Assembly (NCBI RefSeq): GCF_032444005.1
Contig: NC_091290.1
Location: forward strand, 133,858,001-133,922,000
Origin: Ranitomeya imitator
Taxonomy: Eukaryota
Reading direction: 5' to 3'
DNA: 64,000 bases
Positions 21,083 to 34,455 of the stretch are shown here, piece after piece. Every line of letters begins with the position of its first letter. Position 1 is the first letter of the stretch. The notes under the pieces are model-generated. The model did not search any database and was not told the DNA's origin. It worked only from the letters and a program-made list of their open reading frames with translations. Both the position numbers and the translations under genes were made by a program.

Positions 21083-24000
21083 CTAAGGCTCAGACACTGC
21101 AGACACGATCTGTGTATCCTCGTTATTGTTCATTTTCGCATTCTCTATGGATGGTTGAGATTTCTCCGGCTCGGCCTCAAGTGCGGGAAGGATTTCGGGC
21201 TCCTTTTGAGGCAATATACCCTCCAAGGCTTCATGCAGTGGAATCTTATTGATAGAACCCAGACTGCTGTAACGGGAGAGGTGAGTGGGGGCGACACCTG
21301 AGAGGGTAAAAAAAGATCAAAACTAAAATATCACACTACATAAACATATTACAGATCCTGAGTTACATCCTGTATTATACCCCAGAGCTGCACTCACTAT
21401 TCTGCTGGTGCAGTCACTGTGTACATACATTACATTACTGATCCTGAGTTACATCCTGTATTATACCCCAGAGCTGCACTCACTATTCTGCTGGTGCAGT
21501 CACTGTGTACATACATTACATTACTGATCCTGAGTTACATCCTGTATTATACCCCAGAGCTGCACTCACTATTCTGCTGGTGCAGTCCTGTGTACATACA
21601 TTACATTACTGATACTGAGTTACATCCTGTATTATACCCCAGAGCTGCACTCACTATTCTGCTTGTGCAGTCACTGTGTAAATACATTGTTCATCTTTCA
21701 CTGAATCTAACTTCTAAACTGTATTATGCTCCAGTGCTAAAGTCAAACTCTTGCTGGTTTCTATTGGAAACAGTCAGCAAGATTGTTGATTATATTTCAT
21801 TCAGCTTTGCGCTAACATTTAGCATGTTACCTGCTATTCCACATTCTGGCAGAATTCATTTTCTTCTATTTATAATTAGATGACAATAATTCTTTTCACT
21901 ACATCCATCTCTGTACTCACACTGAATAAGCAGGTCGTGCAGCCAGAGATCAGCTCATCTCCCTACAGAATTGTGAATACTGCTCCGCAGGTAAATAGGA
22001 CAGAACCTAAGTTGTACTATACAATCGACAGCTATTTCCTAACAACAATTTTTTTTTTTTGTACCAAGTATCTGTGCTCTCTGTGCTGGAGGAAAGAGGA
22101 CCTGCAAGCAGCGGTTCAGATACGGGGTCAGGTCCTCCAGGAAGACAGTGCAGAATTGGATAAAGAGTTCACGTTCCTGGGGGCTAAACGCAGCTTCCTC
22201 GGCTCGGTGGAACGTCAGGATAGATTTAACAACCTACGAAGGAGACAAAAGAAAAAACAACATGAAAGGTGCTGCATAATTACAACCACCAGTATGCACC
22301 AACTGGTGAAAAATAGTAGTTTTGCAACAGCTGAAGATCGCCAGGTTCTCTTGACAGTTCTTGTGACTCACTGCCTTATTCTCTGACTTGGCTGTTGACA
22401 GATCCAACCAGTTCCCACAAGATCAGGAAACAGTATGTTTATGGGAAAATCCATACAATCAAGAGCGATCACTTCTGCAAAAAATTAAAGTCACTGATGT
22501 ACCTTTTCCAACGCATCCTGCAACGTGTTGGTCACTTCTTCAGTTAACACCACAGGACAGCAAAGTCTCAGGTCATTGAAGGCCACCAGGATGTTGTTAA
22601 GAAAGCAGGCTAAGGGCGGGAAGTCCAGGAGAACCATAGGAGGCTGTAGGGTCCCCGGCTGGGCAGGCGGTGTTGGCACCGGTGGGATACTTGACCCGAG
22701 AACGGCGGTGGTGGAGATCAGCGTATACATGTTCATCTCCTCCTGGAACTTCTCCACTGCCTCCTTTGCTGCCCGTGCAAAGTTCTCGGCAGCCACCCTC
22801 TGGAATATGGGCGCCAGCTGCCCACGGAAATCAGCGCCCACGCGGCTGAACGAGAGTCCAAAATACATGCACTGCCCTAAAAGAGAGTCCAGACGACTGC
22901 CCACCCCTCTCTGAAGATCACTTTCTAGCACCTGCAGGAACTCGCTCACTTTCTGCAACACCCATCCGTGGAATATGGCGCCTTCACTGATGGGCAAGGA
23001 GCCTGCAGGAGAAGGAGGGAGGAGAAGGGGGTCTTCATCGGAGAAGATGGCCCGGTACTGGGTGATGACATCAAAGAGGTGCACGCGGCAGCTCTCAATG
23101 GTCTTGGTGAGATGGAAATAAGGGTCGTCTTGAGGGATGGAGCTCTGCATGGAGCGGAGCCAGGCATCCCGAGCCTGCAGGAACTTTATCCGTAACTCTG
23201 CTTCAGTGAAGACGTCCATCCTGCGCAGGAAGCTGATCACCCGCAGGCAGGCGGGCAGCTGGATGTTACTGCGCAGCTGCTGGAGGAGCTGGGTCAGCAT
23301 CAACTGGGCAGACTGGCGGACCTCGCTCACTATGCCCTGCAGAGAAGGGGCACACACCGCAGAAGAGAGGCAGAAAGTTATGTTCTGTTTACAAGACTTA
23401 ACATAACCATTTACTAGTGAACAGATAGAATACATGCAGGAGGTTGGCACTCGCACCTGGATGACAGGGATCGACGAGAACTTCTTCTCCAGCCGCTTCA
23501 CGTAGGCCGCCAGCTCCAGCGCCTCCTCGTAGTACCCATTCCGGACACACGTGTCCATCAGCTGCGGGATCTCCAGGATTTCTAGGATCTCGGTGTGGCG
23601 GTTCAGAGTCAGCGTGTTCATCCGCCGGCTGGAGCTGATCTCCTCCGCCTGCTTCACAAACCCCCTGCGGAGAAGAGTCTGATCATGTAAGGTTCAAAGG
23701 AGGAGAAGAGAAAGAATGCAGGGAAGATTGGAATACTAGTGACTCACACAACAACAGAGGGTGGGAGTAGTAGTGACACAGGGGAGGACAGGAGAAGTGG
23801 TGGCACAAGTGATGGCACCAGGGTGACGGGAGCACTAATAACAAAACTGAGCAGCAGGGACACGGGGGACGGGAGCAGGGACAGGTGACAATAGAATGAC
23901 TGTATTAAGCGACAGCAGGAGGATGAGAGGAGCAGCGACAGGGGACAGCAGGAGGATGAGAGGAGCGGCGACAGGAGGAGGATGAGAGGAGCGGCGACAG

Positions 24001-26784
24001 GAGGAGGATGAGAGGAGCGGCGACGAGACAGCAGGAAGATGAGAGGAGCGGCGACAGGGGACAGCAGGAGGATGAGAGGAGCGGCCACAGCAGGAGGATG
24101 AGAGGAGCGGCCACAGCAGGAGGATGAGAGGAGCGGCCACAGCAGGAGGATGAGAGGAGCGGCCACCGCAGGAGGATGAGAGGAGCGGCCACCGCAGGAG
24201 GATGAGAGGAGCCGCCACAGCAGGAGGATGAGAGGAGCCGCCACAGCAGGAGGATGAGAGGAGCAGCGATAGGGAACAGCAGGACGATGAGAGGAGCAGC
24301 GACAGCAGGAGGATGAGAGGAGCGGCCACAGCAGGAGGATGAGAGGAGCGGCCACAGCAGGAGGATGAGAGGAGCGGCCACCGCAGGAGGATGAGAAGAG
24401 CAGCCACAGCAGGAGGATGAGAGGAGCAGCCACAGCAGGAGGATGAGAGGAGCAGCCACAGCAGGAGGATGAGAGGAGCAGCCACAGCAGGAGGATGAGA
24501 GGAGCAGCCACAGCAGGAGGATGAGAGGAGCAGCCACAGCAGGAGGATGAGAGGAGCAGCCACAGCAGGAGGATGAGAGGAGCAGCCACAGCAGGAGGAT
24601 GAGAGGAGCAGCCACAGCAGGAGGATGAGAGGAGCAGCCACAGCAGGAGGATGAGAGGAGCAGCCACAGCAGGAGGATGAGAGGAGCAGCCACAGCAGGA
24701 GGATGAGAGGAGCAGCCACAGCAGGAGGATGAGAGGAGCAGCCACAGCAGGAGGATGAGAGGAGCAGCCACAGCAGGAGGATGAGAGGAGCAGCCACAGC
24801 AGGAGGATGAGAGGAGCAGCCACAGCAGGAGGATGAGAAGAGCAGCCACAGCAGGAGGATGAGAGGAGCAGCCACAGCAGGAGGATGAGAGGAGCAGCCA
24901 CGAGGAGCAGCCACAGCAGGAGCATGAGAGGAGAAGCCACAGCAGGAGGATGAGAGGAGAAGCCACAGCAGGAGGATGAGAGGAGAAGCCACAGCAGGAG
25001 GATGAGAGGAGAAGCCACAGCAGGAGGATGAGAGAAGCAGCGATAGGGAACAGCAGGACGATGAGAGGAGCAGCGACAGCAGGAGGATGAGAGGAGCAGT
25101 GATAGGGGACAGCAGGACGATGAGAGGAGCAGCGATAGGAGACAGCAAGACGAGAGGAGCAGCGACAGCAGGAGGATGAGAGGAGCAGCGATAGGGGACA
25201 GCAGAAGGATGAGAGGAGCAGCGATAGGGGAGAGCAGGAGGATGAGAGGAAATCAATAGGGGGCAGTAGGAGGATGAGAGGAGCAGTGATAGGGGACAGC
25301 AGGAGGATGAGAGGAGCAGCGATAGGGGACAGCAGGAGGATGAGAGGAAATCAATAGGGGGCAGTAGGAGGATGAGAGGAGCAGCGATAGGGGACAGCAG
25401 GAGGATGAGAGGGTTAGTGACAACAGGAGGATGAGAGGAGCAGCGATAGGGGACAGCAGGAGGAGAGGAGCAGCGATAGGGGACAGCAGGAGGATGAGAG
25501 GAGTAGTGATGGGTGACAGCAGGAGGATAAGAGGAGTAGTGATGGGTGACAGCAGGAGGATGAGAGGAGCAGTGATGGGTGACAGCAGGAGGATGAGAGG
25601 AGCAGCGGGGTGATGGGAGGAGTGGTCGCCCGGTGACAGCGGGGTGATGGGAGGAGTGGTCGCCCGGTGACAGCGGGGTGATGGGAGGAGTGGTCGCCCG
25701 GTGACAGCGGGGTGATGGGAGGAGTGGTCGCCCGGTGACAGCGGGGTGATGGGAGGAGTGGTCGCCCGGTGACAGCGGGGTGATGGGAGGAGTGGTCGCC
25801 CGGTGACAGCGGGGTGATGGGAGGAGTGGTCGCCCGGTGACAGCGGGGTGATGGGAGGAGTGGTCGCCCGATGACAGCGGGGTGATGGGAGGAGTAGTCG
25901 CCCGGTGACAGCGGGGTGATGGGAGGAGTAGTCGCCCGGTGACAGCGGGGTGATGGGAGGAGTAGTCGCCCGGTGACAGCGGGGTGATGGGAGGAGTAGT
26001 CGCCCGGTGACAGCGGGGTGATGGGAGGAGTAGTCGCCCGGTGACAGCGGGGTGATGGGAGGAGTAGTCGCCCGGTGACAGCGGGGTGATGGGAGGAGTA
26101 GTCGCCCGGTGACAGCGGGGTGATGGGAGGAGTAGTCGCCCGGTGACAGCGGGGTGATGGGAGGAGTAGTCGCCCGGTGACAGCGGGGTGATGGGAGGAG
26201 TAGTCGTCCGGTGACAGCGGGGTGATGGGAGGAGTAGTCGCCCGGTGACAGCGGGGTGATGGGAGGAGTAGTCGCCCGGTGACAGCGGGGTGATGGGAGG
26301 AGTAGTCGCCCGGTGACAGCGGGGTGATGGGAGGAGTAGTCGCCCGGTGACAGCGGGGTGATGGGAGGAGTAGTCGCCCGGTGACAGCGGGGTGATGGGA
26401 GGAGTAGTCGCCCGGTGACAGCGGGGTGATGGGAGAAGTAGTCGCCGGTGACCTGCAGCTCTCCTGGAGGCCGGGCAGTTTGCCCAGTAGCCGGGACACG
26501 TTGTTCTCCACTTGGCTGAAGTCCCGGTAGATGAGCTCGGTGCACTCCGCCGTGCGGATGAACGTCTTGTAGTGAGTGAACGCCAGGTCCCGGGTCTGCT
26601 GCAGGATCTGCGCCCGCTCCTCCGCCAGCCTCTCCGGCTCCCTCCGCAGCTTCTCCACCCCGAAGGAGCTGAGCTCCAGCAGATAAGCGGCGAAATCCGG
26701 GCTGTCCCTCCAACTCTCCGGGAAACTGTTCCTGAACACCGAGGCCAGCAGGCTCTCATCTTCCTCCACGTCCACCGCCGCCAT
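21083..26784 (-). CDS. COG8: Conserved oligomeric Golgi complex subunit 8 (585 aa, 5 exons)
   Basis: complement(join(21083-21297,22065-22233,22503-23336,23457-23664,26453-26784)), total 1758 nt, phases consistent. Hallmark segments LRREPERLAEERAQILQQTRDLAF, LEILEIPQLMDTCVRNGYYEEALEL, CMYFGLSFSRVGADFRGQL. Confidence 0.96.
21345..21690. repeat. 86-bp dispersed satellite unit, ~4 copies (COG8 intron 4)
   Basis: Unit TCACTGTGTACATACATTACATTACTGATCCTGAGTTACATCCTGTATTATACCCCAGAGCTGCACTCACTATTCTGCTGGTGCAG; same family as 53775-54965. Confidence 0.93.
23915..25602. repeat. 26-bp purine-rich minisatellite with variant sub-arrays, COG8 intron 1
   Basis: Core unit GAGGATGAGAGGAGCAGCCACAGCAG; 26-aa periodicity in the minus-strand ORFs. 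Confidence 0.93.
25603..26452. repeat. 34-bp CpG-rich minisatellite (~25 copies) starting at the COG8 intron 1 donor
   Basis: Unit GGTGACAGCGGGGTGATGGGAGGAGTAGTCGCCC; 34-aa periodicity. Confidence 0.95.
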
Positions 26785-27023
26785 CCTGCTGCAGGGAGAC
26801 GGAACGCTGCTTCAACAAAACTTTATCAAACGTGACGTCTACAGTTGTCGCTGGCAAGCAGAAAAGCGCACTGATTGGTTGGCTGTGCTGTGACGTATAA
26901 AAAAAGTCGCCATGTTGGTAGAGGCATTGAAATTAGTCTATAAACTTTATTGAAAATGAACAGTCCTTTCCCAGAGTGCATTGCGAGACTTCTCAGTATC
27001 CGCCTGGGTCACACGTGGGAAAG
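26785..27023. promoter_or_regulatory. COG8/NIP7 bidirectional promoter
   Basis: 239 bp between divergent ATGs. Contains a ZNF143 SBS TTCCCAGAGTGCATTGCG (26968-26985), YY1-like CGCCATGTT (26908-26916), two TGACGT half-CREs and a reverse CCAAT (GATTGG). Confidence 0.85.
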
Positions 27024-29448
27024 ATGAGGCCGCTGACTGACGAGGAGACCAAGACCATGTTCGAGAAGCTCTCCAAATAGTGAGTGCAGGGTTACACGGC
27101 GCTGCACAGGGGTGTCAGTGAACAGAAACGGTTTGTGGCTTGTTTCCATTCTGTGACAGCAAGCAGAGGTTTGGAAAATGAGGAAAAGCAATGGTGGTCA
27201 TTTCCATTTGATAAAGTGGAGTCACTTTACCATTGGAGGGGTCCGCAGGCTCAGGCTCAACCTTCTCTCATTTGCTCTTTTTTTTTTTTTTTTTTTGTAC
27301 AAAATTTTTCAGTTTCAAGAATTTTGCAACTTTTCTCTATATTTTCTTTTTTTTTTTTTTAAAGCAAAAAATTTCAAAATTTTACACACAAAGAAAGTTT
27401 CAGTCTCACCTAAAAATGACTGCGGGGAAGGAGGGTCTGGATCACTACATCTGGGCAAACATTTACCTTTTTTTTATTTTTGTATTATTATTTTTAAAGT
27501 CTCTCTTGATGGGAACAAATATCTCGAAAACAAAAACCGAGACCACAATGTCAACTGTAAAAAAAAAAATTAAATAAAAATAGACTTAAAAAAGGTGCAA
27601 TATTAAAGGCGTTTGGTAGAGATTAACACCTAGAGGAAGAAAAGGCGCAAATATAATAATGGATCAGAGCTATCGTCTAGGGGACTGGAGGAGAGAGTGG
27701 AGCTCTGTGAAGTTTCCAGCCGTCCCGTAGACAATGAATGGAGCGGAGGTGGAGGTTTTGCACCTCTATTTTATTCACGGCTGGGGGGGGCCTGTTCTTT
27801 GAATTGCTGGTTGGAACTCTTGTTATCGGCATGTTATCCCCCACCCTTTAGACTGTGAAGCGCTGCGGAATATGTTGGCGCTATATAAATAAAGATTATT
27901 ATTATTATAGGGGATAACTTATTTTTTAAATAATTTTTTAAAGTTGCTGCTGTTCCTTGCAGGGTGGGTAGCTGAAAAAGACTGAATGGCAGCAGCTCCT
28001 GTAGTCCCTTTGATTTTGGGGGAGACTCCCAGAGGTCATATTGTAATGATGTAATTATTCCTTAGATATAAAGCCCTTTTCTCTGAGCGGTCACATAAGT
28101 TATCAATGGGATGATAGTGGTTGTAGTAGTGATGGTCTTGATATCTTTGTGGAATCATCCTCATTTTCTTCCTTGATCCTTAGCATTGGAGAAAATATCA
28201 AGCTTCTCGTGGACCGACCTGATGGGACGTACTGCTTCCGGCTGCACAATGACCGCGTGTATTATGTAAGGTGAGGCAACGCAAACTTCGACTTTAAGGG
28301 GTTGTTCTAGGCCGCAGTGGTCTGTTATGGGGGAGGTCTTGTCACATTACAGGATTAGCCACCACAATGGGATGTGTCATCTGCAGCCATTACTATGAGA
28401 GGAGCTGTGAACACAAAACGGGACAACTTGTAAAGTTCCATTCATTTTTTTTTTTTTTCCCCCCAGTGAGAGAATGCTGAAACTGGCCACAAATGTCGCC
28501 CGAGATAAACTTGTGTCTCTTGGAACCTGTTTTGGAAAGTTCACCAAGACTCAGAAGTTTCGTCTTCACATTACGGCTCTGGATTACCTGGCGCCGTATG
28601 CAAAGGTGATTAGAAAATCTATTGATCTGCTATAACAAACGGTGATGAACTCTCATCATCCTGCGCTGCTGCCAGTACCTGACGCCTGTTTCTTTACCTC
28701 GTAGTACAAGGTGTGGGTGAAGCCTGGATCCGAACAATCTTTCTTATATGGCAACCACGTTCTAAAATCCGGACTGGGGAGAATAACTGAGAACACCACA
28801 CAGTACCAGGGGGTGATCGTCTACTCCATGGCCGACGTTCCCTTGGTGAGTATTGCTGCTTCCCGGTCATATTAAACGGGGTGTTCACATCTAATATTGC
28901 GATTATCAGATCCCTTGGCCCAAATTCAGACCTCCGTATATAAGGGTCTGTGATAAACGGAACGGCCTTGGGGGTCTCCTGACTCAAACTTTACAGCTTC
29001 ATAGATACTAATAGGCCTGCCAAGTTCCAGTTAGTCTGTATATTGTGGTCTATACCCGAAATTTAATGTATGTACATCTACTTGCGGCCCTAGGATATAT
29101 ATTCATATTATAATCATTGCAGGTTCTGACCTCTGGGACCCCCACAGTTCTGAGAATGAAGGGCCCCACAACACTAATGTATGATGTGTGAATTAACTAT
29201 GCTACCCCTTCCTTGTCAGGAATGGTGGGGGTCCCAACACTAGGGAAAAAAAAGATCTGTTTTGTTAATTTACTCCCAGCTTTGTTTTATATCAGCCCGG
29301 CTCATTCTCTATTTCCGTTCCCTTGCAGGGTTTTGGTGTAGCCGCAAAGTCCACCCAAGAATGTAGGAAACTGGACCCCATGCAGATTGTCGTTTTCCAC
29401 CAAGCCGACGTCGGGGAATACATCAGACATGAGGACACTTTGACCTAA
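27024..29448 (+). CDS. NIP7: 60S ribosome biogenesis factor NIP7 (180 aa, 5 exons)
   Basis: join(27024-27079,28184-28270,28467-28605,28705-28845,29329-29448), total 543 nt. [21 protein letters not shown]...[29 protein letters not shown]...[15 protein letters not shown]. Confidence 0.97.
27848..27905 (+). mobile_element. L2/V-SINE 3' tail remnant
   Basis: GCGCTGCGGAATATGTTGGCGCTATATAAATAAAGATTATTATTATTA, the same tail as the SINE at 16035. Confidence 0.7.
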
Positions 29449-30133
29449 ATCACAGAACTGGAGAAAGACTTTACATGCCTCCTATAATCTACCAGACTGG
29501 GGAGAATGTTATGTACAGGACTGACCACCCCATTGTGTACCTGGATCTAAAACCTTTAATCACCATCCTATTAAACAGACTGTATCAAAAGATTGGGCGA
29601 AGTCAAGTTGATTTTATTTTTTTTTTTTATTGGAGTGAAAAATGAGACAAGACACCAAGAGGATTTTCCACTGTCCATTTATTTTAAGCGCTTTGTTTAC
29701 AGCCTTTATAGGAAATATCCAACATTCTACCGTTTATATAATATTCCACTTATGGGGTGATTCACACTAACCATGCTTTCTGGTCCGTATAATAGCCAAG
29801 CAATGGCTCTCCTGATCCAGACTAACAACTTCCAGACAACGCAAGTTGTGTGCATGCACCGATCAAGCAGGGAGCGCTGGAAGATTTCAGCTCTGCAGCC
29901 AACACCATTGTGAATGCATAAAATGTAGATTTTATAAGGGGGCACCCTGAAAATATTTGCTTTTTTTTCCATCTTGCTTATATCAAGGTTTGAGAAGGAC
30001 AAATTTAGCTACATATAAAACATATATAATGGTTACAAAATTGTCATAAAACCCGAGTTACTGAACCTCGCTCCCTCCATTGATAGTGTGAAGTTTCCTT
30101 CCTGAAATGCATCTGTCCGTGTGCAGTACATCC

Positions 30134-32842
<2,709 letters not shown>

Positions 32843-34455
32843 GATGTGAGCGGCCCAGGCAGCATCTGAGCGCTGGGGATTAGGTACAGCTCAGCAATCA
32901 TTAACCCGTCCTGCCCACAGCCCCGATAAGGAGGCTCGGCTCGTACCACGGAGGGTCCAAGCAAAAAAACCTGCATCAATCTTATAAAGGAAAAGCAATA
33001 AAAAAACAAAACACAAATGAGCGACTCCTGGAAAATAAACTCTGGACGTTTATTCAGCAACACAAAACTAGAAAATATTACTAGAAAAAAGTGAAAAGAT
33101 AAAACTTCTGACAACTGGAGGTGAGATTGTCCGGCGGTGACATATTAAAGATCGTGGGCGTCTGACACCCACCACCCTCATCGATCAGCTTTTATCTGCT
33201 CCGGTTGTCGCCAGATAAAAACAGTTTTGAACAGAGCGCATGTCCATTCGGTGTGTAATAGCTGCTGCCAGGTGCTGCAGAGCACTTCCTATTCTTTCTG
33301 CAGCTGTTCTGCAGCACCTGGCAGAGACCGCTTAGCCGATCCTTTTAAAGTCTTCTCATCCTGTGGCCCATCAGGGCTTGTAACAGCCGATCGTTGGATG
33401 TGTCGGATCCCCACCGATCGGCTATTGATGACCTATTTCTAGGCATAGATCATCAATATGGGTGTAGTCAGACCACCCCTTTAAAAGGTTAGGGATATTT
33501 CAATCCTTTATTACTTAAATGCATGTATCTAGGCTGAAATAAAAAAATTGCAGCGTTTGTCCTTTATATATGACCTCCGTGTCGCACTGTTTATTGCTGG
33601 CTGCAGGATGAGTTAACTAAGAAACTGTTAGTGAGCTCTTCTGGATGAGAGAGTTTAACTCCTTAATCTTCCTCCTTTCAGCTGATTTATGACCATAAAG
33701 TCCAGATCAATAATCCTGTGGTCATAAATCAGCTGAAAAGTGCGTCTGTGCACACGTCGGGAGCTTTTTCCATTTACCAGACATTGTTTCGGCCTCTGGT
33801 ACATAAGCGCTTGTACACTGTGTGTAAAAAAGTGCGCAATACTCTGCCATCCAATACAGAGGACCAGTGGAAAAAGACTTAACATGCAGTATATTTTGGG
33901 CTTTATTTAGAGCCGACCCCATGATGGGCACATAACTCCTCACAGTGGGCACAGAGGCAGCGAGTACCTTGTTCTTAAGCCAAGAGCTCCCTGACAGATT
34001 CTCAGTTCACTCATTCTGCAGTCAGCAGCCAACCAATTACAAAAATGATTTGCAGCCAAAAATACTTGCATTCAATGTTAAAAAAAAAAATGCCCTTAAA
34101 GATGGACATGTCCCTTTAATTCTACAAATCCGAGTCATTGCCCCTGGAGGAGCAGAATGGGGCTGTAGGGCATTATTAGAGGGGGAAGCAGGGTATAACA
34201 AAACGTGGTATGGACAGAGCGATGGGGTGACCCCTCAGAGGGTCAGGCTAGAGAGAAGCATGGCTCCGGGGACTCGGAAGGGTCCTTTATCGTCACATGA
34301 CGTGGCTCTCTAGTGGACGGCGGCTCCGGATGATACAGACGTGTGTCCTGCACACAGTGACCATAGTCTCCCAGAGACGACATATTGCGGATATTTACAG
34401 GTGACGGCTCCGAGAGGTGAAGATGGGGCCAAACACGGCCCCCCGGGGTCGGCCA

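Noticed and set aside
21915-22010. Nearer acceptors as the COG8 last exon
   Set aside because: They give early stops. The exon at 21297 encodes GVAPTHLSRYSSLG, matching the conserved COG8 segment.
23744-26759. ORFs of 353-974 aa on the - strand
   Set aside because: They read through the 26- and 34-bp minisatellites of COG8 intron 1. Only 26453-26784 is a real exon.
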